Source: an uncultured Chloroflexia bacterium
Lineage (GTDB): Bacteria > Chloroflexota > Dehalococcoidia > DSTF01 > WHTK01
Reading direction: 5' to 3'
Assembly (NCBI GenBank): GCA_963766645.1
Contig: CAVYAY010000001.1
Span: 531,020-595,019, forward strand
Length of the DNA stretch: 64,000 nucleotides
Positions 28,293 through 37,708 of the stretch are shown here, piece after piece. The notes beneath the pieces are model-generated. The model was not told where the DNA came from, did not search any database, and was given only the letters and a program-made list of their open reading frames with translations. How positions within the stretch are numbered: the stretch's first letter is position 1; each line of letters starts with the position of its first letter. The translations under genes and the position numbers were made by a program.

Positions 28293-29489
28293 TCAGATCG
28301 GCCGCGCGGCGTGGATGATCTCTCGCGTCACCGTCGGGTTCCCCATGCACGGCACCAGGTCGCTCTGCCCGTTCGGCCCGCCAACCACGACGATCTGCAC
28401 CTGCTCCGGGTTCTGAAACTCCGGCACGAGCTCTTCCGGGTCCATGGCCTCGAGGCGTTGCTGAAGGTCAGCTGGTAGCGCTTCCCAGCCGACTGACATC
28501 GTCGCCAGTGCCTGCTTCAGGGGCCTCCGCGCGTTTTGCAGCAGGTACTCCCTGATCGAGGTCTTGGTGTGACCCGATTCGCTGAGGACACGAGCGTGGT
28601 CGGGCGCCAGCAGCATCACCTGGCAAGACCCTCCTTCGCCCTCCGTCCGGCTCGGTATCAAGCCCGAAGGACCGCCCGATGCGGACGCCTTGCCGGCCCA
28701 GCCCAGCAATATCTTCTCCGCGTCGGCCTGGTAGTTGTTGTAATGCACCATGCTGTTCGCCCCGTACACGGTGACCGTGCTAGCGCTCCGCTCGAAACCC
28801 TTTTCGACGTGCAGCGGCTCCCAGGGGTTCTGCGCCTCGTTCTCAGCCACGCACATGCTGTACTTGGTCGGGCTGCCGATGGTGTCCATGTCGCCACTGC
28901 CGGGGTAGCAGTGGCCTACGTTCATCAGGACCAGCCGGAGCGCCCGGCCCAGGACTGTATTCACCAGCGACGGTTTGCCGGGGCCGAGGGTGCAGCGCCC
29001 GTTGTTGATACCCAGCTCCTGGACAATTGGCCCGTTGATCACCAGCATCGTCGTCGTCGGGTTCGTCGACATCGTGATGCCGCGGACGGGAAACACCTCC
29101 TGCGGTGTTTCGAGGATCGCCTCCACCGCTGCGATCAGTACCGCGAGATGCTCCGGCCGGCAGCCGGCCATGACTGCATTGACCGCGACCTTCTCCACTG
29201 TCGCGGCACCGTAAAACGGCGCCAGCTTGCCGAGGACGAGGCCGGGCGGCAAGCGCACCGCGCGCAGCGCCGCTTCAACGCGCGCGCGTGTCGGCGGGAC
29301 GAGCGGGAACCCGTCGCCAATGCCGCGCTCGTTGAAATCGCCGTTGAATCGGTCCCACGCCTCGATCAAGTCTTCGCCGTGGTAGCGCTCCCGCCGTGCG
29401 GGCAGCGGTTCCCGCCCGCGCAGGTCTGCCTCCAGCTGAGCCACCGGGTTCAGAACATCTAGCGTGGCGGTATCACTGCGGGAGCTCAT
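28293..29489 (-). CDS. 'GDGFP...AMAGC' family protein, copy P2
   Basis: GIGDGFPLVPPT, ATVEKVAVNAVMAGCRPEHLAVLIAAVEAI, LGPGKPSLVNTVLGRALRLVLMNVGHCYP, NPWEPLHV. The N-terminus has LDVLNPVAQLEAD. Confidence 0.7.
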   Translation of the reverse strand: MSSRSDTATLDVLNPVAQLEADLRGREPLPARRERYHGEDLIEAWDRFNGDFNERGIGDGFPLVPPTRARVEAALRAVRLPPGLVLGKLAPFYGAATVEKVAVNAVMAGCRPEHLAVLIAAVEAILETPQEVFPVRGITMSTNPTTTMLVINGPIVQELGINNGRCTLGPGKPSLVNTVLGRALRLVLMNVGHCYPGSGDMDTIGSPTKYSMCVAENEAQNPWEPLHVEKGFERSASTVTVYGANSMVHYNNYQADAEKILLGWAGKASASGGPSGLIPSRTEGEGGSCQVMLLAPDHARVLSESGHTKTSIREYLLQNARRPLKQALATMSVGWEALPADLQQRLEAMDPEELVPEFQNPEQVQIVVVGGPNGQSDLVPCMGNPTVTREIIHAARPI

Positions 29490-29523
29490 GGCACAGTCCC
29501 AGCACCACAGGGGGAGGCCTGGT

Positions 29524-30027
29524 TCAGGACTCCCGGATCAGGCAAGCGATAATCGAATCGAGAGCCGCCTCGGCTGCCTCTTCCACTTGGCTGTCCGACA
29601 GGGTTGCCAGCAACCTTCGCAACTCCACGAACTCGTAGTTCTGCAGGCCCATCACCCGCGCCATAGAGCGTACGATGTTCGCATAGGCCCGGTTGCATAT
29701 TGTCACGCCCGGCTTGCCGTCCCGTTCGGCGGCATACATGTCGTGCAAACTGCACGACGCGCACGGCGCTCAATCGCCAATCGCAGTGATGAAGACGTCC
29801 GCACGGGGGATGAAGCCCTCAAGCAGCTTGCTGTCGGCCGGCCAGGTTGGCTCGAGCTTGCTTGCCCAGACTACATCCCGCAGGTTGAACCGCGCCCGGA
29901 GGAGCTCAACGACCTTCTCCAGAAAGACCTTGCTCCCATGCTTGTTATTGTCGAGTACGCCTAGCACGAGCCCGTCCAGGCTGACGGGACGTTCCGCGGC
30001 CAGTGTCTCGCCAGAGTCCCTCGACAA
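29524..30027 (-). CDS. Putative small selenoprotein, UxxCxxC variant (U-A-P-C-A-S-C) of the UGSC-type family (U3)
   Basis: ORF 29770..30027 ends ...FITAIGD-TGA (29772..29770). The same frame stays open for 81 more codons: APCASCSLHDMYAAERDGKPGVTICN...ACLIRES (ORF 29524..29748 is its tail). It is collinear with the other two UxxC genes. Confidence 0.65.
29740..29758 (-). promoter_or_regulatory. SECIS-like hairpin, 11 nt after the TGA
   Basis: mRNA GUCGUGC-AGUUU-GCACGAC: perfect 7-bp stem with a 5-nt loop. Confidence 0.55.
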
Positions 30028-30037
30028 AGCTATTTCC

Positions 30038-30283
30038 CTACCTGGCCGGGACGATCTCGACTTCCCTCACGTACGGCGCCTGCGCCTTGCACATCGCCTC
30101 GGCCATCTCCTTGAACGCGTCTGGCTCCATGATGCACTCGGGGCATTCCGCGTTCGTGCCCTCGTAATAACGGACGCGTAGCACGCCGGCTTCAACGTTC
30201 ATGGGCTCGACGATTACGCCCTCGTTGTCCTCCAGGGATGACCTCAGCGTGTTCAGAATGAGCTCGATTTTCTCGTCGATCAT
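30038..30283 (-). CDS. NifU/Nfu C-terminal-domain-like small protein with a CPEC motif
   Basis: 81 aa. IELILNTLRSSLEDNEGVIVEPMNVEAGVLRVRYYEGTNAECPECIM matches the Nfu pattern (dGG..elv....g.v.v...G.C..C). Confidence 0.6.
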   Translation of the reverse strand: MIDEKIELILNTLRSSLEDNEGVIVEPMNVEAGVLRVRYYEGTNAECPECIMEPDAFKEMAEAMCKAQAPYVREVEIVPAR

Positions 30284-30320
30284 GACGTCTCCAGACCAGC
30301 CGCAATTGCGGCCTTCTCTA

Positions 30321-32033
30321 TCAGGTTTCGATAACCTTGCTGATCGAGGCTGGCCCTGTAATGAACTCGCTCACACCGTGGTCGCCGCCAATTACGGCGA
30401 TGTGGATATGACTCGGGTTCGGGTCGCCCCGGATTGGTGTCTCCGGGTCCATGGCTGCGATACGGTCCTTGACCTCCTGCGGCACAGCTTCCCAACCGAT
30501 GAAAGCATACGTTGCGAGGAATTCACGAAGCGGTGTCGCGGGCGCGTTTTGCACCATGTACGCCTGCAGATCGGCTTTGCTGTAGCCGGCCGCGACCAGG
30601 CTGCGAGCGTGTTCCGGCCCCAGGATCAGGAGCTGCCCGCCACGGTCGGCATCACCCTCTGTGCGGCTAGGTATGCCCAACGCTCCGCCACCACCCGCGC
30701 CAGAGCCACCGCCACCCGCCGCACCACGGGCGGCCAGTACCTTGAGCAACGGGCCGACGTCGCCGGGGTCGCTGGCAAACGACGAGACGTCGCCTGCGGC
30801 AAACATCGTTACCACGCTTTGGTCCGCGTCAAAGCCCCGGCTGACGTGGAAAGGCTCACCCCAGGGGTTGGCGTCCTCATTCTCGGCGAGAACGGCGCTG
30901 TACTTGCCGGAAGTCCCAATCGTATCGAGGTCCAGAATCTCCGGATACGCCTGCGCCACGTTCATGATGATCAAACGCATCGCCCGGCCGATTACCGTGT
31001 TGACGCGGCCCGGCTTGCCAGGGCCCCACGCGTTCATTCCTGTGTGCAGTCCAAGCTGCTTCACAATCGGTCCGTTCAGCAGCATCAGCGGATAGCCCGC
31101 GCCGTGAGAAGACAGCAGGATCCGCAACGGAAACTGGCCGATCGGTGACTCCAGCATCGCCTGTATCGCGGCGATCAAGACCGGCATGTGAGCTGGCTCG
31201 CAGCCGGCCATCGCAGCGTTGATCGCGATCTTTTCGATGGTCGCCATGCCGTCGCCGGGCGGGAAGGGGCGTCCCACCACGTCCAGCGGCTGCCAGCGGT
31301 TGCTCACGTAGTCGAGGAACGGTTTTACACGTTCGGGAGTCGGTGGGAACAGCGGGAAACCATCGCCCCAACCTCGCTCCATAAACGCCTCGTTGAACGC
31401 CTCCCATGCGTTGAGCCGGCTGGAGGACCCAAAGGATTCCGTGGCCGCCCGCTGCAGTTCACGCACGACAGCTCCCGAAACGTCCGCCGGTGGCGTCACG
31501 AGCGCCTCCAGCACCTCGGGCAGCGATGCGTCCGCATCCCCGCTGGCCTGGGGCTCTGTCCGGCTTGTCAGGGTGTACGGGATCACGACTTGCACCAGGG
31601 AGGGGAAACCGAACACCTTTGACGATGCGGCAAAATCTGCTTCATAGCCGACCGACGTGATGGAGACCGTGGGGATCCCGAGCTTCTCAAGCTCTGTCAT
31701 GTCATACGCAAGGTACGACGTGCAGGACCCTCAATCGGCTGTCGCGCCGACCACGATGTCGCAGTGATCAGCCTCGATTGCCTCCAGCACCGATTTCTGG
31801 ATCGGACGCCTGCTGTCGTAGTGGAAGGTTTCCATACTTGGAAACTGCTGCTTCAGCCGAGTCTCAACCTGGTTCAGGTAGTGGATGCCACCGGGTTTGC
31901 GGTTCCAGTAGAAGCCGACCCGCTTACCTTCCAATGACCTGGGTCGAGTCGGCATCACAAGCGCCTCACCCAGGTCTGCAGCCAGCTGCGAAACCGGGTT
32001 CAGTACCTCAAATGCATCAGTCTCGGTAACCAT
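30321..32033 (-). CDS. Putative selenoprotein: UGSC-type domain fused to a 'GDGFP...AMAGC' domain (U2-P3), 570 aa if TGA is read as Sec
   Basis: ORF 31731..32033 ends ...DIVVGATAD-TGA (31733..31731). The same frame continues GSCTSYLAYDMTELEKLGIPTVSITSVGYE... into ORF 30321..31700, which carries GWGDGFPLFPPT, NAAMAGCEPAHMPVLIAAIQAM, WGPGKPGRVNTVIGRAMRLIIMNVAQAYP and NPWGEPFHV. Confidence 0.7.
31701..31719 (-). promoter_or_regulatory. SECIS-like hairpin, 11 nt after the TGA
   Basis: mRNA GUCGUAC-CUUGC-GUAUGAC: 7-bp stem (one G.U pair) with a 5-nt loop. Same spacing and geometry as the hairpin at 29740..29758. Confidence 0.55.
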
Positions 32034-32097
32034 CGTCTCCTCCTGCGCAGTAATCGGAACCGTCGCATTAGAATCTAGCCGCGCTCACGCGAAGCGG

Positions 32098-33081
32098 TCA
32101 AAAAGCATAACCATTTGGCTTGACCATTTCCCGGGACGAACGCGTCAGCTCATCTGTCTGCTGATGCCGCTCGAGGAGCCACGCCATGAACACGCGGGCT
32201 ACCGGCGACAAAGGCCTTCGCGGGTGGACAAGGTAAAGCTTCCTGTCAAAGCGAATGCCGCGGATCCGGACCGGAGCTGCGCCGACAACCTCGCCTCGAC
32301 TGAAGGGAAGGTATGAAATCCACGACATGCCGAAGCCGTGTGAAACCGCGTTGAGACAGGCCTGGGCCGAATTCAGCGCCATCACAACACGCCGCTGAGG
32401 ATGCTCGATACCCAACTGACGAAGTTTTGACGCCACCGTGGACACAACCGTCCCCACGTCCGCTGAAGACCTGTCACGGATGATGAACGGCTGTCCCGCA
32501 AGATCTTCCAGGTCGATCTCGCCGCAGGCCGCGAAGCGATGCGTCGACGGCACCGCCAGGACAACTTCGTCATCCGCCACCGGATAGCATCGAAGCGATT
32601 CGGAGGCGGGGCTGCGACCGATGAAGCCGAGTTCGGAGCCGCCCTCCAGAAGGTCTTCCTCGACGCCGTCGCTGTCTGAAATAAAGACGTGGGGCGCAAC
32701 GTCCGGGTTCTCGGCGCTAAACTCTCGCACCCAGCCCAGCACCAGGAAGTCGCAGAGCGTGGTGCTGGCGCCGATTCGCAAATCGCCCCTCGCTTCGCTG
32801 GATTCCCGTCGTATCTCCTCCATGACGTTGTCGAACCGGCCGAGCGTGTCGCGCGCGTCGGCCAGGAACTTCTCGCCCATGGTGGTCAGCTCCAGGTGCC
32901 TCGCATCGCGCTCGAACAGCGTCACGCCCAGGCGCCCCTCCAACTTCATAAGCTGCCGGCTGACTGCCGGCTGCGTAACGCCGAGACGCTTGGCCGCCGC
33001 CGTAAAGGTGCCCGTCTCCTCGGCTGCAATCAACGTCCGCATCTCGTTCAGCGAAACTTCGGCTTCCTTCCGGGTTCTCAT
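32098..33081 (-). CDS. LysR-family transcriptional regulator
   Basis: HTH LNEMRTLIAAEETGTFTAAAKRLGVTQPAVSRQLMKLEGRLGVTLFERDARHLELT. Start trimmed to ATG 33081, preceded by GGAGGC. Confidence 0.85.
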   Translation of the reverse strand: MRTRKEAEVSLNEMRTLIAAEETGTFTAAAKRLGVTQPAVSRQLMKLEGRLGVTLFERDARHLELTTMGEKFLADARDTLGRFDNVMEEIRRESSEARGDLRIGASTTLCDFLVLGWVREFSAENPDVAPHVFISDSDGVEEDLLEGGSELGFIGRSPASESLRCYPVADDEVVLAVPSTHRFAACGEIDLEDLAGQPFIIRDRSSADVGTVVSTVASKLRQLGIEHPQRRVVMALNSAQACLNAVSHGFGMSWISYLPFSRGEVVGAAPVRIRGIRFDRKLYLVHPRRPLSPVARVFMAWLLERHQQTDELTRSSREMVKPNGYAF

Positions 33082-33183
33082 GATAGCCTCCTGACGACGA
33101 CAGCCTATGCATTTCTGGCATATTGTAGCCAAGTTCCATACCTGATTGGTATGATGGCCGCTCGTCAGAGACCTCTCGGGTAC

Positions 33184-34128
33184 TTAGGAGTTCCTCTCGC
33201 CGCGATTCTTGAGATAACGGTAAGCGGCGACCGCCGCCGTTGCCCCGTCGCCGGCGACGGCAGCTAGCTGAGCCACCGAATTCTGGCGGATGTCGCCCGC
33301 TGCGAAGACCCCAGGCGCCGACGTCTGCATCATGATGTCGGTCACTATGTGGCCACTCGGGTCGAGATCGACAGCTCCCTGGAGGAACGTCGTATTCGGG
33401 TCAAGGCCCACGAAGATAAATACGCCGGCAAACTCCTGGGTCTCGCTCTTCCCGGTAGCGAGATCCACTAACCGGACGCCCGTCACAGCGTCGCTGCCGA
33501 TGATTTCTTCGACCTGGCGCCCATAGGCCACCTTCAGGTTTGGTTTTGCCTCGGCCTTCTCGACAATGGCCCGCTGCAATCGCAGCTCCGCGCCGCGGTG
33601 AAACAGCGTCACGTCAGACGCGAATTCGGTCAGCACGACGGCTTCGTCCACCGCCGCGTCGCCGCCGCCGACTACGCAGACCGACTGCCCGGAAAAGAAG
33701 GGACCATCGCAGGACGCGCAATGCGAGACGCCTTTCCCCACCAACTCCTCTTCGCCCGGCACGCCGAGGCTACGCAGCGTCGAACCCGAAGCGATGACCA
33801 GCGTCCGCCCGGTCACCTCGCTCTCATCGCACCTTACGAGCTTCTCATCGCCGCCAGTGTCGATCGAGAGGGCCGAATCAAAAACAAACTCGGCGCCCGC
33901 CATCTGGGCCTGCTCTTGCAGCATCGGCCCGAGTTCATACCCCGGGACGCCTTCTGGGAACCCCGGGAAGTTCTCAACTTTGTCGACGTTGATGATCTGA
34001 CCGCCCGAAGTGCCCCTGTCGATCACGGCGACACTTAGCCCGAAGCGGCTGGCCGTCAAAGCGGCCGTCAGTCCGGCGACGCCTGCGCCAATAACCAGCA
34101 AATCGTAGTCACTCATGTCCGTTCCCAC
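33184..34128 (-). CDS. trxB: Thioredoxin-disulfide reductase
   Basis: YDLLVIGAGVAGLTAALTASRFG (FAD GxGxxG), redox-active VSHCASCDGPFF, second dinucleotide site VVGGGDAAVDEA, C-terminal FAAGDI. Confidence 0.85.
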   Translation of the reverse strand: MGTDMSDYDLLVIGAGVAGLTAALTASRFGLSVAVIDRGTSGGQIINVDKVENFPGFPEGVPGYELGPMLQEQAQMAGAEFVFDSALSIDTGGDEKLVRCDESEVTGRTLVIASGSTLRSLGVPGEEELVGKGVSHCASCDGPFFSGQSVCVVGGGDAAVDEAVVLTEFASDVTLFHRGAELRLQRAIVEKAEAKPNLKVAYGRQVEEIIGSDAVTGVRLVDLATGKSETQEFAGVFIFVGLDPNTTFLQGAVDLDPSGHIVTDIMMQTSAPGVFAAGDIRQNSVAQLAAVAGDGATAAVAAYRYLKNRGERNS

Positions 34129-34164
34129 CGCTCACTTCCCAGTACATCAGATAGCCCGCCCTGA

Positions 34165-35881
34165 TTAGCCGCCCGAGCGCACCAGTTCGGGCCCAAGCTC
34201 TCGCACGTCCTGAATTGGGCCGGAGCTGTAGTCGCCAAGCCGAAGCTGCACCGACGCTTGCTGATCTCCGAAAGCCTCATGGCGAAGAACGACATTGCTC
34301 AGACCGCATTGCGATACCGCCGCCCGCGCTAACGAAAGCATCTGTGCATCGCCCGGGGCTCCCTTTAGCGTGGCGATGCAAGGTGGCGACAAGAAGCGCG
34401 CCAGCGCGCCACCGAAGCCTGCCGCCATGGCGCCGTACTCGCGGTGAAACTCGTCGAACGGCCAGAGAGCCCCAGTAGGCCCCTTCTCGGTAGACGGACT
34501 CGCCGGTGAGGTCCGCCAACCGTGTTAGGAACGCAGCCGCTTGAGCGTTCTGAGCCGGGAGCGTCAACGGACGACCCAACCCTCCCGGGCCTGTTGCGCT
34601 GATATCGGAGTAGCCTCCGGCCGGATTGCGGTGCTCCGAGACAACGTAGACCGCCAGGTCCAGGGCCCGCTGCAGTTGCGTCACATCGCCCAGCAGGGCA
34701 TACGCGTCCAGCATCGCCGACCCGGCTGCGACAGCATCTAGCAACAAACCGTAAATCAAAGGTTCGCCATCCCAGTAGTGAGACAGGCCGCCATCCTGCT
34801 GGTGAAGCGTGACCCAGAGCCACTCAAGGACTGTTACCGCGCGGTCTCGGCAGTCCTCTCGGCCCAGGATTAGCCATGCCTGCATGTATGCAGATGCGGC
34901 GCGGGCGTTCTGGTCGGCGTAGACGCAATCGTCGAGGTACGAGTCCAGCGGGCCGTCCACACCTTCCGGACCCGCAACGCGTCGGATGTAGTCCTGGCAG
35001 CCGAGGAACACGCCCTTGTCAGCGTCCAGTAGCGTCCCGTCCATGTCGTCGATCAGCTCCTCCGCGCAACCGCGGTAGAAGTCATCACCGGTCAATAAAA
35101 AGGTATGTAGGAAGTTGCGGAGCATCCCGGCCTGGTCGTCGAGCAGCTTCTCCGGGTGCGGCTCCTCCCAGTCCAGGCGAGACGAGTAGCGATAGTAGCC
35201 TCCTCCGCCTTCAGAGTGATACATGCTGCTGGAACGCATTTTCTCTAGCGTCAGCTGTACATGGGTTAGAAATAATCCCTCTCCGGTCACCTCGTACAGG
35301 TATAGGAAAAGGTCGTTCGCTTCGCTATGCGGGAACTTCGATTCGAGGCCGTATCCACCGTGTACTGGGTCGGCGAGGCCCTGCACCATGCCTGCGATCT
35401 CGCCCACGAGCGAGACGTTGAGACCCGCCCGGTTAGGGGTAGCCACGGGCCGGTCTGTCTGGGTTGCCCGTACCCGTTCGATTAGCTCTTCCTTCTTCTC
35501 GTGGTACGTGTTGGCGGCCTGCGCCAGGATGTCAACCATCGGCTTGGGACCGAGCGAGTTGAGCGTGAACATGTGGTCACCACCGGGTGTAAGAATCGCC
35601 AGGGTCGGCCAGCCGTTTTGCGTGTAGCGCGCGTCTATGTCCGGCCGGCGCGCTTCCTCCACGCGGATTGGCAGGAAGTTCGCGTTCAGCGATGCAATGA
35701 CCTCGTCGTCGGAGAACGTAACCTCGTCCATGCGCTGGCAGGCGCCACACCAGAAGGCCACAATCTCAAGGAAGACGGGCTTGTCCAGCTGTTTCGCTTC
35801 TGCGAAAGCGGCGTCGCCCCACGGCCGCCATTCGATCAGGTGAGCCTTGTTCGGCCGCGCCGAGAAGCGGAACTCCCTCAT
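34165..35881 (-). pseudogene. Thioredoxin-domain (DUF255 / YyaL-like) protein with a CGAC motif; one frameshift near 34459-34461
   Basis: N-terminus FLEIVAFWCGACQRMDEVTFSDDEVIASLNANFLPIRVEEARRPDIDARY. The body is like the six-hairpin-glycosidase-type domain of YyaL. The C-terminus continues in ORF 34165..34428 (FDEFHREYGAMAAGFGGALARFLSPP...). The span is 1717 nt. Confidence 0.65.
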
Positions 35882-35945
35882 GCCGCGGCCACGGAAGCGC
35901 GAGTAACCGATCGACCGTGATTAGGGCTGGCGAAGGGTCTCGCCG

Positions 35946-37064
35946 CTAGTCCCATTCCCAGTTGATCTTCTTGGTGACCATGCCGCCGCCGTCGCGCTTG
36001 GAGTGGTTGCCGCCCGTGAACAGGTAGCTCACATGGCCGCCGCCCCATCCACCACTCACCATGACCTGCATGTGTGACGGGTCGGTGATGTGATAGACCT
36101 TGGCCTCGCCGTCATTGAGGTCGACGCGATTAGCCCAGTGGTTCGCCGCTGTGTGGGTTTCCTGCGGCACCCCCGGAGACTGCAAATCGTGCTGCGCCTG
36201 CTTGTCTTTGACCAAGTGATACGTGTTCTCCCACACCGTGTCGCGGAAGCGTTCCTTGCTCCAGCCGGCGTCGGCAAGCATCTTCGCCGCATCCGGATTA
36301 AGTGCTATGACCGTGCAGGCGCCGCTGCGTAACTGTGCGATCCGGCGGCCCATATCGGCCACATTGCGCTCCAGGTCGGCGCCCGTCCTGACGAAGCCCG
36401 TACCCAGATACGTGCCGTGAGCGTCGAGCACCGTGACCGCACTGTCTTCAGCCTTCAGTCCAGCCGCGCTGACGTGGAAGGGCTCCCACGGGTTTCCGTC
36501 GTCGGTAGGCCGCTCGCAGATCAGATGGCCCCAACGGTCGGCCTGAGCGAAGACACACTTCGCCAGTTCCCCTGGCTTCGTCAGCCCGACATTCCACTGG
36601 ATCAGCCGTATCGCCCTCGCGATCGTGCCATTCGCACGGTTGCCGGAACCCGCCAGCGCGCCTTCGGCATAGTGGAAGCCGAGCTTCTTCACCACGGGTC
36701 CGCTGATGATTGCGAGCGGCGGACCCCCCACCGTACTGACTGAATTCAGGATGTGGTAGTCGTCATCCAGGATCGCCTCCATGGCGGTAATCACCACTGG
36801 CACGTACTCCGGCCGGCAGCCTGCCATCGCGCAGTTGATAGCGATCGCCTCCATCGTGACCTCGCCCTCACCAGGCATGAGGACACCGAGACTCTCGTCC
36901 GCCGGGCGACCGATGTAGTCGAGAATCTGCCGCACCCGCCGCTCGGTGGGCACGAAGACCGGGAAGCCATCCGTCCAGCCCTGTTCGAAGACGAAGTCGG
37001 TGAAATCGTCGATGTCTTCGATGCTGAACTTCTTCGCCGCCAGCTTGAAATCTTCCGCAACCAT
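35946..37064 (-). CDS. 'GDGFP...AMAGC' family protein, copy P4 (most divergent)
   Basis: GWTDGFPVFVPT, EAIAINCAMAGCRPEYVPVVITAMEAI, GNRANGTIARAIRLIQWNVG, NPWEPFHV. Start trimmed to ATG 37064, 2 nt after the TAA of the upstream UGSC gene. Confidence 0.7.
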   Translation of the reverse strand: MVAEDFKLAAKKFSIEDIDDFTDFVFEQGWTDGFPVFVPTERRVRQILDYIGRPADESLGVLMPGEGEVTMEAIAINCAMAGCRPEYVPVVITAMEAILDDDYHILNSVSTVGGPPLAIISGPVVKKLGFHYAEGALAGSGNRANGTIARAIRLIQWNVGLTKPGELAKCVFAQADRWGHLICERPTDDGNPWEPFHVSAAGLKAEDSAVTVLDAHGTYLGTGFVRTGADLERNVADMGRRIAQLRSGACTVIALNPDAAKMLADAGWSKERFRDTVWENTYHLVKDKQAQHDLQSPGVPQETHTAANHWANRVDLNDGEAKVYHITDPSHMQVMVSGGWGGGHVSYLFTGGNHSKRDGGGMVTKKINWEWD

Positions 37065-37066
37065 CG

Positions 37067-37708
37067 TTATTCCCCTGTTTCCTGCGAGGACGATTCCCGG
37101 CCGCGGCGCGGTTGCGAGCCCCGCTGACTCTCCTGCGGCTGCCACTTCTGAGCCGTCAGCATGTCTTTCAGCTTCATCGCCTGCTCGTGTGCCTTGAGCA
37201 CGACTTCCTCGTGTGACTCCGCGGACGGCTTGTCCGCCGGGTACGCGATCACGACATTGCTAGAGTCTTCGATGCCCAGCAACTTCAACTCCGTCCGAGC
37301 AAGCCTTTCGAAGTGCTCGTGGACCATAACCACGGAGGGGATACCTTCTTTTAGCATGTTTGCCGCGTCACGCACGGCTGCAGTACTGCAGGATCCTCAA
37401 GCCCCGACGCCGGTGATCGCATAGTCGATCTTCGGCGCCATCTCCTGGATATCTGAGATGGGGGATGGTATCCACGTGTTGCCGTGGAACTTACCGTCGC
37501 CCATGTCGTGTTTGTAGTGACGTTGGATGTCGCGGGGCTCGTAGAGCTCGGTCACCGCGTTTTCCATCTCCGGCCAGAACTTCGTCGAGATATCGTGCAT
37601 GCCCCAGAGGAACCCGACACGCTGGCCCTCAACTGTCTCAATCGTCTTCAACGGCTTCCGCTGCGTCGCTGCCGTTGAGCCTTCGGGAGAAAGGAACTCA
37701 ATGCTCAT
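37067..37708 (-). CDS. Putative UGSC-type selenoprotein (U1), 213 aa if TGA is read as Sec
   Basis: ORF 37397..37708 ends ...DYAITGVGA-TGA (37399..37397). The same frame continues GSCSTAAVRDAANMLKEGIPSVVMVHEHF... into ORF 37067..37375. Confidence 0.7.
37362..37378 (-). promoter_or_regulatory. SECIS-like hairpin, 18 nt after the TGA
   Basis: mRNA GCCGUG-CGUGA-CGCGGC: 6-bp stem (one G.U pair) with a 5-nt loop. An alternative smaller hairpin, CUGCA-GUAC-UGCAG, lies 5 nt after the TGA. Confidence 0.4.

Noticed and set aside
29770-37399. Reading the three TGA codons as ordinary stops separating six small or independent genes.
   Set aside because: - The downstream parts lack their own plausible starts or RBS near the TGA.
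- The frame is continuous in all three cases.
- The TGA sits at the homologous position of a UxxC motif in three diverged paralogs.
- Each TGA is followed by a stem-loop.
This reading is kept as the formal alternative in the refutation criteria of those three findings.
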